From IMG/VR virus record IMGVR_UViG_3300028805_002025, positions 64,001-128,000 of that record: a stretch of 64,000 nucleotides of DNA; one strand, 5' to 3'. Source of the DNA: a virus. Its lineage: Duplodnaviria > Caudoviricetes. The notes under the pieces were generated by a model, which was not told the DNA's origin, ran no database searches, and was given only the letters and a program-made list of their open reading frames with translations. The position numbers and the translations under genes are program-made. Position 1 is the first letter of the stretch; every line of letters starts with the position of its first letter. Of this stretch, positions 27,205-37,700 are shown piece by piece.

Positions 27205-30200
27205 TTATTGTTTCTTTAATATTACGAAATCAGTTACATATGATGTACTTTCACATTGAGTAGAATCTCCTCCAGCAAGATTACGTCTCTGTAGATATAC
27301 CTCTACTGCGACAGTATTAACTGGCTCGCTAGTAGGTTTTATCATACCATGAATAATCCACTTTTTATTAGATTCGTCTAGTTCAACATGGAGATATTCT
27401 CCATCTGGATAAGGAGTAAAACTTCCATGATGCGTTGTCTTAGCTATTAAGTCGAAACATCTATTTGCTTCTATACTATCATAGTAATAGTCATATGGTA
27501 TTGGAATTTCGAATAATGACCTGTCAGTTTCCCCATTTCCCTCATAGAATGCTGAAAATGTTTTTCCTCCACTTTCATATGTGGTGTCACGATAAGAAGT
27601 GAAGGCTGGTATTGGCAATTTTGGTATTGCATCGTCGCAAGCCATACAATCTCCAGAGTATCCTTCTTGAGTAACAGTTATTTCTTTCTCTCCACACTGT
27701 ACTCCATTGATTTTAAGTCTGTTTCCTTCTGAATCTATGAAGAATACACTAATCTTAGCGCACCTAGAAGTTGTTGAGTGGTCACGCTCTGTTGATTTGT
27801 TTACAGTGTTTTCAATATACAAAGTATCAGTATTATTACCGCTTCCAGGTTCAATCTTGGTTATCCATGATGTATCACCACAGCCCTGGCTTTGAACAGT
27901 CACACCACTAAGTCTAACGTCATCCCTTAGTACTGGGCGCATATAAGCAACGCCATCCCTGGTCTTAGTTGCTTGTACATCTATACTATATGTTTTGATA
28001 GAGTCTAACAACTGCTGACAAGTTACATCAATTACAGCTTCTTGTGTAAACTTAATCTCCCATATACACTCTTCTGACTGTTTAGCAGAGTCGTAGTTAA
28101 GCTTTATCTTAAAGGCATAATCTCTTTCACTTCCAGTATTTGCTAATGCTTTATATGCTACATGTAGATAGCATTTCTCTGGTGAAGTAGTATATGACCT
28201 AACATCTAAGTTAATTGACAACCAGTTATTTACTGCAACATAGTTATCCTCAGTAAAGAAAGCACTTGGGTCACTAAATGCACTCTCATAGCCTGGTACA
28301 ATAGTTCCTATTGGGGTAAACTTGAGACCAGTACTAACGAAGCAATCGTTTCTAAGATTATCACTGTTGAATGATGATTCAGCACCAAAATATCTAATTT
28401 CAATCTCTTTAGGCCCTAGACAGTTGCAATTAAGCGATTCGTCTCCCTGCTGTGTTACAGTAACAGTGAAAGGCTGGTTTATACAGTCTTCACAAATTCC
28501 GTATATTTGCCTTAACTTATCTTTATTATAATTTATCGTAATTGTATTTGTCCTAGGCTTAGCAGATGGGTTAGCCTCGATTTTACCTCTGAGATATATA
28601 GTAGTTCTAGTGACGAAAAAATTAATTGTTGATGCATCTATCCAATCATGCTCTGTACTAAATGATGATGATGTGATTATATTACTTCCACTTAGCGCAC
28701 TGAAAGCAATAAATCCATCGTCATCGTCTAGTTTTGCCAAGAATGCATTAACATTTGATGTATATGCTGGGTTGTCATCTACAAAATTTATTTTACGTAC
28801 CCTAGCACAATTAACATAGTCTTCCTTCTGCCATATTCTATATATATGGTGGCAATCTGCTAATGCTTGACCGCTTTCAAGTGAGAATATGTCAATATCA
28901 ATTGGCGCATCTGGCTGACTTGTTGTTGGTGTGAATTCGTAAAGTTTAACACTAACGTCATAACCATCATCACTTTCAGTTATTATTACCTTGTCAACTT
29001 GACTTGATGTTGATATTCCACTAAATTCACCACATCCAACAACTCCGAATGTTCCCAATGGATAAGTATCTGCTGCTGTTGAAACTTGCCTTTGTATACA
29101 AGCATCGTCAGGCAGCAATTCTTTACATTTACAAGCTGGATTATATATAACGGTTATAAAGTTAGTCCACAACCCATCACCGCAATTTTTTCCAGTTGCT
29201 AGTGCGTAATCGAAGTATATGTCTATCTGATTAGGGTCTTTATTTGGATTTGGCTTTATTTTGATAAAACTTTTACCGTCAGTAGTCTTACCTGTATTAA
29301 TTATAAAATATTCTGCATCTGTAGAGTCATAAGAGAAGGTTACGTCAGTTCCTTCAAAACAAGCCTCTTTTCCTTGGTTGAAAATGTAGGTGAATGTATA
29401 TTCTTCATCAACTGATTCGAGAAATACGTTTTTTCCCCAATCAACTTCCTCCCAATCAACTTCCTCACTTTCTCTTGCTATCACTATCAAATCTCTACAA
29501 TCACATTCAATTGCTGGTTCTACTGTAATAGTATCTGACATTCCTGTAGCATTCGTACAAATTTCACCATTAACATTTAACTGATAGCCAACCTTAAAAT
29601 CGCAGCTAGACGAAACATCTGATGTCTTTGCTGATACATAATAATAACCACCACTTTCATAAACTCCGCTACTAGCAACGCAGTTACCTTCTGTTATAGC
29701 ATATAACTGCCCACAAGTTTTATCAACTTTCCATACAGTTATTACATCACCACCAACTATCTTTGTAGGTAATTCTTCCATTACAGCACTTACAAAAGCA
29801 TTTTCGCAAGTACATCCAGCACCGTCATGTTTAAGAGTTATTTCCTTGTCTTCGCATTCAACCCCATATCTAAGGAATTTGACATGAAGCGTCGAATTAT
29901 AAGGTTCAATTCTAGTGTTGACTATAGCAGGCCAAATGGCTACATAAGAACCAGAACCATCAATAACGGTTTGAGCAGAGAAGTGCCCCATATCTTCAAT
30001 ATGTTCTGGAGATTCATAAATATTGCCAACTGTTACGCAATCACTAGTTGTATAATATCTGCGTTTAGGGTCTGTTTGATTAGATTCCCAGTTACAATAT
30101 GTTGTGTCAAATGTAACATCACATTCACATGCATTATGAGTAAGAGTTATTTCTTTATCTACACATTCAGCCCCATCTTTAAGGAATTTGACATGAAGCG

Positions 30201-31281
30201 TCGAATTATAAGGTTCAATTCTAGTATTGGCTATAGTAGGCCAAATGGCTATGTAAGTACTAGAACCTTCGACAAAGGTTTGAGCAGAGAAGTGTCCCAT
30301 ATCTTCAATATGTTCTGGAGATTCATAAATATCACCAACTGTAATACAATCTCCTATTGTATAATATCTGCGTTTAGGGTCTGTTTGTCCAGCATTCCAG
30401 TCACACTCTTCTGTGTCAAATGTTATATCATCACAAGTGCATCCAATTGGCTTTTGTGTAAGTGTTATTGCACTACTACAAGTATTCGTACCAGCTTTAT
30501 ATGAAATGATAAGTGTCTCGATGTGAGGCTGTTCTCCAGGATTAGTATTCTTTGGAGCAACAGTTACAACACCATTTCCAAATGTTGCATTAAAATAACT
30601 AAGTGAGTTTTTAGATATATTAGTGATACAAGTGGCAGATGTGATAGTAAATTCGTATGTCTTACTACTATCATCATTAGCTTCCCACGTATGAGAAGCA
30701 GGTGAAACCTTCAAATTCTCACATTTACAACCAGACGCTTGCTGAGTGGCTTTTATTGTTGCCCAACCAGTACACTCTTTTCCATCACTTGTAGTTCCAG
30801 TAATGGCTATTATAACATCTCTAGCTTCACCAGTATTTGCCTCAGCAGTACCTGTTATTACTCCATTACTAGCACTAACGTTTTTGAGCCACCCATTATT
30901 TGGTGAAACATTAACAACTGTTACATTAAATAAACAACCAGCAACAGTTGAATTATATGTAGCTGCTGTAACATTACCTCCAGCATTGGAGATATTCGTA
31001 TTAGGGGTTACAGACAAATAACTACATTCACAAGTCTGTACTGGTGCTGTATTTACCTTTATTTTATAGTCATTACAAGGATTTCCATTAACCGTTGGCG
31101 TTATTGTACCATTTACGCCATCATTTACCGTTAATTCAAACGTGTATTTTCCACCTTGTGCGCTCGTTTGTTTTATGTCAACGCCAGATGGTTTATCAAA
31201 GTCTATAGTACATCCTTGCTTGATAGTCACATTGATAGTGTAAGTTCCTGCGACTGTTATTGGTTGTATTGAATTTGCCAT
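27205..31281 (-). CDS. Large modular fibre/adhesin-like virion protein (about 100-aa Ig/BACON-like modules separated by CxC)
   Basis: 1358 aa; NGWLK...ANTGEARD, DWID...ANPSAKPRT, NWLS...ANTGSERD BACON-like patterns; repeated CxC linkers; internal duplication. Confidence 0.65.
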   Translation of the reverse strand: MANSIQPITVAGTYTINVTIKQGCTIDFDKPSGVDIKQTSAQGGKYTFELTVNDGVNGTITPTVNGNPCNDYKIKVNTAPVQTCECSYLSVTPNTNISNAGGNVTAATYNSTVAGCLFNVTVVNVSPNNGWLKNVSASNGVITGTAEANTGEARDVIIAITGTTSDGKECTGWATIKATQQASGCKCENLKVSPASHTWEANDDSSKTYEFTITSATCITNISKNSLSYFNATFGNGVVTVAPKNTNPGEQPHIETLIISYKAGTNTCSSAITLTQKPIGCTCDDITFDTEECDWNAGQTDPKRRYYTIGDCITVGDIYESPEHIEDMGHFSAQTFVEGSSTYIAIWPTIANTRIEPYNSTLHVKFLKDGAECVDKEITLTHNACECDVTFDTTYCNWESNQTDPKRRYYTTSDCVTVGNIYESPEHIEDMGHFSAQTVIDGSGSYVAIWPAIVNTRIEPYNSTLHVKFLRYGVECEDKEITLKHDGAGCTCENAFVSAVMEELPTKIVGGDVITVWKVDKTCGQLYAITEGNCVASSGVYESGGYYYVSAKTSDVSSSCDFKVGYQLNVNGEICTNATGMSDTITVEPAIECDCRDLIVIARESEEVDWEEVDWGKNVFLESVDEEYTFTYIFNQGKEACFEGTDVTFSYDSTDAEYFIINTGKTTDGKSFIKIKPNPNKDPNQIDIYFDYALATGKNCGDGLWTNFITVIYNPACKCKELLPDDACIQRQVSTAADTYPLGTFGVVGCGEFSGISTSSQVDKVIITESDDGYDVSVKLYEFTPTTSQPDAPIDIDIFSLESGQALADCHHIYRIWQKEDYVNCARVRKINFVDDNPAYTSNVNAFLAKLDDDDGFIAFSALSGSNIITSSSFSTEHDWIDASTINFFVTRTTIYLRGKIEANPSAKPRTNTITINYNKDKLRQIYGICEDCINQPFTVTVTQQGDESLNCNCLGPKEIEIRYFGAESSFNSDNLRNDCFVSTGLKFTPIGTIVPGYESAFSDPSAFFTEDNYVAVNNWLSINLDVRSYTTSPEKCYLHVAYKALANTGSERDYAFKIKLNYDSAKQSEECIWEIKFTQEAVIDVTCQQLLDSIKTYSIDVQATKTRDGVAYMRPVLRDDVRLSGVTVQSQGCGDTSWITKIEPGSGNNTDTLYIENTVNKSTERDHSTTSRCAKISVFFIDSEGNRLKINGVQCGEKEITVTQEGYSGDCMACDDAIPKLPIPAFTSYRDTTYESGGKTFSAFYEGNGETDRSLFEIPIPYDYYYDSIEANRCFDLIAKTTHHGSFTPYPDGEYLHVELDESNKKWIIHGMIKPTSEPVNTVAVEVYLQRRNLAGGDSTQCESTSYVTDFVILKKQ
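29820..30437. repeat. Tandem duplication, 309-bp (103-aa) unit, two copies
   Basis: TAAGGAATTTGACATGAAGCGTCGAATTATAAGG at 29871 and 30180; QTDPKRRYYT...ESPEHIEDMGHFSAQT...NTRIEPYNSTLHVKF twice in the protein. Confidence 0.9.
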
Positions 31282-31306
31282 ATTATTATAAACATTTAAC
31301 TTTTAG

Positions 31307-31315
31307 ATAAATATC
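31307..31315 (-). promoter_or_regulatory. Putative phage late promoter GATATTTAT
   Basis: 25 nt upstream of ATG 31281 (fibre/endolysin unit). Confidence 0.6.
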
Positions 31316-31341
31316 CACTATGTGAGTATTTTTACCCAAAA

Positions 31342-31373
31342 TTTGTTTTTTAGGAAAAAAATATATATCTTTG
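31342..31373 (+). promoter_or_regulatory. Bacteroidota housekeeping-sigma promoter
   Basis: TTTG(31342-45)-N20-TATCTTTG(31366-73), upstream of ATG 31383. Confidence 0.8.
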
Positions 31374-31382
31374 CACTATATT

Positions 31383-31766
31383 ATGGCTAGACTAGGTAAA
31401 AGGAAAAGAAATATGCACGAGAAAGATTTTAAGGATGGAGTTTACTATCTAAAGAAACTGCTATGTGAACAAGGACTTTACAACAAGACAATGAATTGCA
31501 AGTGGATTATACCACTCAGTAAATTATTGTCTGAATATGGAGTGTGTAAAGATTTCTGGTATAACACATATTCACAAGGTCGTCTTGAAAGAATACGAGG
31601 GTGCGATACCCTAAGCGACCTGTTCTATCGTCATGAGACATATCTCTTTGATTGGTATTCCACTGAACAAGGACATTCGTATTGGGAGCGTATAGCAACG
31701 GAGCTAATGAGAAAGTATGGAACTAATGAAAAATTAAATAAACTATGCAAATTAATTGAACAATGA
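31383..31766 (+). CDS. Hypothetical protein
   Basis: Start revised to ATG 31383 (MARLGKRKRN); FDWYSTEQGHSYW motif. Confidence 0.65.
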   Translation: MARLGKRKRNMHEKDFKDGVYYLKKLLCEQGLYNKTMNCKWIIPLSKLLSEYGVCKDFWYNTYSQGRLERIRGCDTLSDLFYRHETYLFDWYSTEQGHSYWERIATELMRKYGTNEKLNKLCKLIEQ

Positions 31767-32587
31767 TAAAATGTATAATCCATTGTGCGGACATTCATAT
31801 AAGGAATTATTCAAGGCATGAAGAATACGCTGAACAACTGGAGAAATTCGTGGAAAAGTGTAGGGAGATAGCACAGAAATACGAGGAAGGGGAGGTAAGA
31901 ATTCTCATAGCTGGAGACCTCGTAAATCAGAAAAACAACATAAGCAACGAGCTTATTGTATTCTCCAGTCTGTTCCTAAGAAAACTAGAAGAGATAGCCC
32001 CAGTCGTAGTGTACGCTGGTAATCACGACCTGGTTGTAAACAATACATCAAGAACTGATACCCTCACAGCCCTATTCAATACAGCTAAATTCGAGAACTG
32101 TACCTTTCTGGATATGATGACGGACTACAACAGTAACTGCATAACTGATGATAACGTCATATGGGCGTTATATTCCATCTATGATGACTTCATGAGACCA
32201 GATATAGATGATGCAAAAACGAAGAATCCAGATGCCACTGTTATAGGTCTTTATCATGGCATGGTGGTTGGTGCTACACTCAATAACGGTAGCGTCGTTG
32301 ATGAAGGTGTTGAGGGTGATATATTCGAAGGCTGTAACTACGTTATGGCTGGTCATATACACAAGAGACAGGCATTGAGGCGTGGTGATGTTGAGATTGT
32401 ATATCCTGGGTCTCTCATACAACAGACATTCGGAGAGACAGTATCACAGCATGGTTTCGCTGTATGGGATATAGAACATGGTGCTTACGAGTTCGTTGAT
32501 ATCGAATCAGACTACAATCTGTATGATATGGAAATAGAAAGGATGGAAGATATCGATGAAGACAAAGAAAAGCTGATTAACTTCTAG
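31763..32587 (+). CDS. sbcD: Mre11/SbcD-type metallophosphoesterase nuclease (T4 gp47-like)
   Basis: ADIH, AGDL, GNHD, YHG, AGHIH, YPGS motifs. Confidence 0.88.
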   Translation: MIKCIIHCADIHIRNYSRHEEYAEQLEKFVEKCREIAQKYEEGEVRILIAGDLVNQKNNISNELIVFSSLFLRKLEEIAPVVVYAGNHDLVVNNTSRTDTLTALFNTAKFENCTFLDMMTDYNSNCITDDNVIWALYSIYDDFMRPDIDDAKTKNPDATVIGLYHGMVVGATLNNGSVVDEGVEGDIFEGCNYVMAGHIHKRQALRRGDVEIVYPGSLIQQTFGETVSQHGFAVWDIEHGAYEFVDIESDYNLYDMEIERMEDIDEDKEKLINF

Positions 32588-32600
32588 GGTTAATCAGCTT
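32570..32600. terminator. Hairpin formed by the 3' ends of two convergent genes
   Basis: AAGCTGATTAAC-TTCTAGG-GTTAATCAGCTT, 12-bp perfect stem. Confidence 0.7.
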
Positions 32601-33183
32601 CTATTATTTCTACAGAGTCATTACTCTGGTGTAATCTTAACGTAATCTCATTATTACTGCTATCCTGTTTAAATTTTATAACCGACGTAAACGTACCAAG
32701 TATCTCTCCATTAAGCTTTATGTCAACGTGTACACCCTTATCACTCTCAAGTGGTGCTATCTCATAAGGCAACGGTTGTCCTTGATATGTACACCTCCAA
32801 GGTATTTCATTATCACCTTCCTTTGAAAGTATCTTTATCCTCAACTGTCCACCATCAATTTTCTTGCTGGTAATCTTGAACTTGTATTCCTTAGGCCTTA
32901 TTGCCTCCAGATTGGGCTTTATAAGGACGCTGGTGCGTTCTTTCCTGTGGTTTAGGAGAACTATATACTCATCCTTTTTTATCGCCTCCAGAGGGACTTC
33001 TACAACCAATTCACTATTACCTTCAACATGTGCCTTTATCTCTGGTGACGTTGTATATTCAACACCCCAAGATATATTATTGCCATTATCGTCAACTGAT
33101 GTAACCGTAAACCTATGCTCAAGACATTCATCTTCGTTTAGGTCTAAGATACATTTTTCTCTATTCTTATTAACTTGTAACAT
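32590..33183 (-). CDS. Putative structural protein (two small beta domains)
   Basis: 197 aa, last gene of the baseplate operon. Confidence 0.6.
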   Translation of the reverse strand: MLQVNKNREKCILDLNEDECLEHRFTVTSVDDNGNNISWGVEYTTSPEIKAHVEGNSELVVEVPLEAIKKDEYIVLLNHRKERTSVLIKPNLEAIRPKEYKFKITSKKIDGGQLRIKILSKEGDNEIPWRCTYQGQPLPYEIAPLESDKGVHVDIKLNGEILGTFTSVIKFKQDSSNNEITLRLHQSNDSVEIIEAD

Positions 33184-33188
33184 AATTT

Positions 33189-34733
33189 TTATTCATCATC
33201 TTTAAAGTCGAATTTATTGCAATCACAGTCTGATGTTGGTGAATCATCAAAGTTGAAATTATCACAGTTGCAGTCTGTAGGTGAGTCATTGAAACTGAAG
33301 TTGTCACAGTTACAATCTGTTGGTGGCGTAGTCTCTATGAAGTCAAAATCTCCACAGTCACATTCTCCTGGTTCTGAAATGTTGAAACTTGTAATCGCAT
33401 TACAATCGCATGTTACTGTGCAATTCTGACATGGTTTCACCATGAAGGTATTAGCCTTTTTACCAGCCAGTGGTCCTTCAGTCATCGTTACACCACTGCA
33501 TGTCGTACATCCTGGTGTCTGTTCCTTGAAGAACACTTGGTAATCGTCTGGGTGATATGGGTCTCTACAGTCTCCTATCAGCATGTAGTCCTCGTATACG
33601 GATTTTGTCTCTCCACTGGGACAGGCTGGGTTCTCGACTTCCGTGTGTGTTATTGCTGTATAAGCCCAAGTAACTTTTATTCTTCCACCATATAAAGGTA
33701 GGCATCCTTCGGTACTCCAGTCTCCCTTTCCATACAACGACTCATAATACACCTTAACTGTTCCACTATCAACACAATATGTTGTAATATATTCACAATC
33801 TCCATTACATATACCGTCGTATCTCCTTCTCTGTGTGATGTAGAAGCTAAGGTTTCCAGTCACAGGATTTCCATTATAAATTACTTCTGTTGTGTTAGGC
33901 AAACTAAGCTTTGAGAGTATGGTTGAAACAGGTATCTTAAGCTCTACATCGTGGTCAACACAACACTCTATACCCTTGGTACTTAAATCACAGGGGTCTA
34001 TTGTTGTGGCAGACGTGAATGAGCCACTCTCTGTCTTCTTATTACACTTGTCATCTATTATTACTTTCTTGAAACTGCATATGACAGTAATGTTTCCACC
34101 TGTTCCAGGAATCTCAGTTGGGTTTGTAGAGAAACTGACGGTCAATGATGTGCTAGGAGTTGACTTACAGCCTTTGGATGATGATACAAACGCCTCATAC
34201 TTACACTCAGAACAGTTTTGTTCGATAGTACCTGTTATAGGATTTTTATAATCGTCCCCTTCCTTAGGTAATGCACCTTTTGTAGTAGCACTGTATCCTA
34301 TTCTCTTCTCCCTGCTGCATACCGTATTTGTTCCAGCACTGGTATACCAATATTCGTAATAAATCTTTACCTCGCCATCATCTGGATAATCATCATCAAT
34401 ATAGTATGGTACAGTCCATGTTCTAACATCAGTACATTTACACGTACACTCATCAGTGGAAGGACAATCATATGACTTTTGTTTTATCTGATAGCTTAGA
34501 GGTGCTTCTACCCCTTCTATTGTAACAGTACCAGCAGATGTTCTTTCTGGGTCGTTACATTTCAACGGCTCTAATGGTATTTCATAAGAATATATGTTGT
34601 CAAGATAATTTACGATACAGTCGCCACTCTCAGTAGTTCTGACAGTACAAGTTATGGAAGCGGATGTTTCTCTTCCATCCACTTCCAATTTCACTGGATT
34701 CTGAGTTATTATCTCTTTGGTAGTTATTTTCAT
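33189..34733 (-). CDS. Cys-rich putative baseplate/fibre-associated protein
   Basis: About 514 aa, very Cys-rich; C-terminal CxC-x2-F-x-F repeats; six S[GA]xT. Confidence 0.6.
   Translation of the reverse strand: MKITTKEIITQNPVKLEVDGRETSASITCTVRTTESGDCIVNYLDNIYSYEIPLEPLKCNDPERTSAGTVTIEGVEAPLSYQIKQKSYDCPSTDECTCKCTDVRTWTVPYYIDDDYPDDGEVKIYYEYWYTSAGTNTVCSREKRIGYSATTKGALPKEGDDYKNPITGTIEQNCSECKYEAFVSSSKGCKSTPSTSLTVSFSTNPTEIPGTGGNITVICSFKKVIIDDKCNKKTESGSFTSATTIDPCDLSTKGIECCVDHDVELKIPVSTILSKLSLPNTTEVIYNGNPVTGNLSFYITQRRRYDGICNGDCEYITTYCVDSGTVKVYYESLYGKGDWSTEGCLPLYGGRIKVTWAYTAITHTEVENPACPSGETKSVYEDYMLIGDCRDPYHPDDYQVFFKEQTPGCTTCSGVTMTEGPLAGKKANTFMVKPCQNCTVTCDCNAITSFNISEPGECDCGDFDFIETTPPTDCNCDNFSFNDSPTDCNCDNFNFDDSPTSDCDCNKFDFKDDE
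33200..33415. repeat. Five degenerate coding repeats (CDC/CNC...F-x-F)
   Basis: CDCNAITSFNI, CDCGDFDF, CNCDNFSF, CNCDNFNF, CDCNKFDF. Confidence 0.85.
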
Positions 34734-34735
34734 CC

Positions 34736-37700
34736 TTAACATCCATCGTAGTTAAACTCACAGTAGTTATACTCAACGTCGAATATTGCCGTTGATGGAA
34801 CTAGCTGTGTAAGATAGTTCATAACAATATCGTCTATATACTTAAGCTCACACTGTCCATCCTTGCTGTTGAAAGGATATTTCATGTTGAATATTATCTT
34901 CAACCTCTTGTTGTTGACAATCTGGTTCGAAACGTCATCTATACCAGTCATGTCAGTTATACCAATTCCACTAAGGCTTGCCTCATTGTAGGTTGTCATA
35001 CTTGATATGGTATATGTCTTGATACCGACCAACGCCTGCCAGTTGTCACCACTCTTCTTCGCCATACTAAGAGACCTAGCCCTTGCGGTCTCAAAGTCAG
35101 CCTGTCCACTAGCATATTTGTGCCAGTCGCCAAATACGTAAATATCCTTTATATTATACTTTCTTTCCCATATTGATTTTGTCATTTCAGAACCGTCTGG
35201 GTCTGGATTGTCCTTGAAGTTTCCGAAGTAATGAATTTTATCCTCCTCAAGAAGGAATTTGTCATATTGTTTTATCTCCTCGTTACTGTCAATAAGTCCA
35301 GAGAATCCGTAGTCAAACACCTCACCTCCAAGCCAGTCAAAACCGTCGGTGTAACACCTTGGGTCGAACTTGTCATTATCGTAGGCATACTTGAATAGCC
35401 TGTTGAAGTATGTGAAGTATTCGTGACCGCTGTCGTATACCATATTACCATTATGTCCGTTATTACCGTTGTAGTAATTGGTAATGGTGTTAATCCTCAT
35501 ATATTCGTAATCATTCTCCTTCAATCTTCTCCAGCCATCCTTCTCTCCAGGTGATGCAATACTGTCTGAGAATGAAACATCGTCCAATATGTAGTAATTG
35601 GTATATGTTATAGCACTGTCAACCTCGAAGTTGTCAGATATAATCTGGAATGACGTAATGGTATATGCAGGGTTATCGAAGTTATAGGTGATGAAATCAT
35701 CGTCCTCTTCCTTGATGTAAGCCTTTATCTCATATCCATCAAGCTTGTCGTCTATGTAGTACGTTGTTGGCTCATAGTCCTTATTATATACAACGATTGT
35801 CTCGTCAAAGTACTTATCTCCAACTGTAATGAAGCCACCCTTTCTAACGTATGTTACGAACCTTTGGTTTCCATTATGGGTGATATCGAATATCTGTCCG
35901 TTTACAACAGCAACATCCCTACCAATCCTGTTGACATAGTATATAGAGCCATCGTGCAATGCGTTCTGTGGAACGGAAACAAGGTCACTTAATGTGTCAA
36001 CCCTCTTTATACTTCTGATTGTCTCCTTATACAAAGGTCTATTATCGTCAATAAAACCGTTCTCTGTAACTGTTCCAGAAGGAACATACTGGTTATAAAC
36101 AATGTTGTCCTCAACGTCGAACTGCATATTGTATTCCTTTTCACCACCAGTAATCTTCTTGGCTAACCAACCACCGTCCATCTGGAAGTATGGGTCTCCG
36201 TCGAATTGCTCTGTCTTACTGAAATAAGGATAAAGGTATCTCTTGTATATCTTGTTTCCCTTATCGTCAAGATAGAACTCCTCAAGCTTATTCTTTAAAT
36301 ATTTTTCATCATCAGTGTATCCACTGTACTCGTATCTTGGGACAACTGGTATTCCTTGGTAAGGTATTCCAGTATAACCAATGCTTCCAGGAAGCGTATA
36401 GTTGGACTGAGACCTGTAGTCGTATGTAATTGTCTTGGTAGTGTTAACCCAGTCAATCCTGTACATCTGATGCTCCACGTCCCATTTTTCTTCAATTCTC
36501 TTTGCAAATGAGGTGTATTCCTTAATCTCATAGTCTGGCACAGCCTCGCACTCTCCTGGGTTACATCTGTCCTCAGCCTGCTTATACCTTAAGCTTGGGT
36601 CACATACATAACCATTGGCAGCGGTATATTTCATATCATTGCAATTCATTCTGTCAAGCCACCTCTTACTCTTGAGTCCGAACATACCAAGAATCATTTC
36701 AATTCCCTCGATAGTACCTTTATGTCTCCATATATACTTAGAATTAAGAGATAACCTTCTTAGAAACTCATTGTTTACACCCATGTATGAGAAGTCGTTC
36801 TCATCAGTGTATGACTTGATTCTATTTGTTATCCTGTTGGTGTCGTCATCACGCTCAAGAATAGCTGTTTCCTCGTATCTTACAACACACTCGTCTGCTG
36901 GAGTGCTACCTGGTCTTGTACCAAGCTCTGTAGCCTTCCTTATCTTAGTACCGTAGATGTCGTTAAGCCAGCATTTGAAACCGCCACCCTCTGTACAATC
37001 CATGAAGTAGCCGTTTGCGCTACCATCCTTTATATTCTCTTTTGTATATGGCTTGACAAGTTTCTTTGAATCCTGCGAGTAGTCACGTGAGAAATAAGAA
37101 ACTTTCATTTCATCACCAGTTCCAGCACTTACGGCATTACCAAGCTGTGTAGCTATGTCTGTATATACAGTATCTTCAACAACTGTACCAGCACTTTCAC
37201 CAGTTATATATTTCTCCTCAATTCCATAAGGAATGACATACTTAACGTCCCATCCATCTTCTTCACATTTATCTGACAGAAAATAGTCTGGAAGGTTACT
37301 TCTCTGGTCGTAAGTAACCCTGTTCATAAACCTTATGTTATCAATGTATGTCTTGATTTCATCAAATTCCCTTGCGAAGATTCTTAAGGCTTTCTGTATC
37401 TTCTTACCTCCAGCAACATATTCTATTTCCTCACCATCGACATATTCACGGGTATAAGTCCAGTCGAAGTTCTTGATAGCCTCGTGCGTCATTGAACGCC
37501 AGATGTTATCTGTAAATCTTTCATCATAGAATTCGCCAATCTTAATAAGCTCTGATATAAATGAATCATCAATAGTTGGATTATAGCTACCATTAGAAGT
37601 AGGGAAATAGAACGTTTTAAATTCCCTCTTATATCCAAACTCATCCTCACTTATAACTGAGAAAGTTGACTTGTACCTAGGTGTGGTGTCAAAGTTAAGA

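Noticed and set aside
29820-30437. Diversity-generating retroelement TR/VR pair
   Set aside because: Both copies are in-frame tandem domains of one gene, mismatches are not restricted to adenines, and there is no reverse transcriptase in the window
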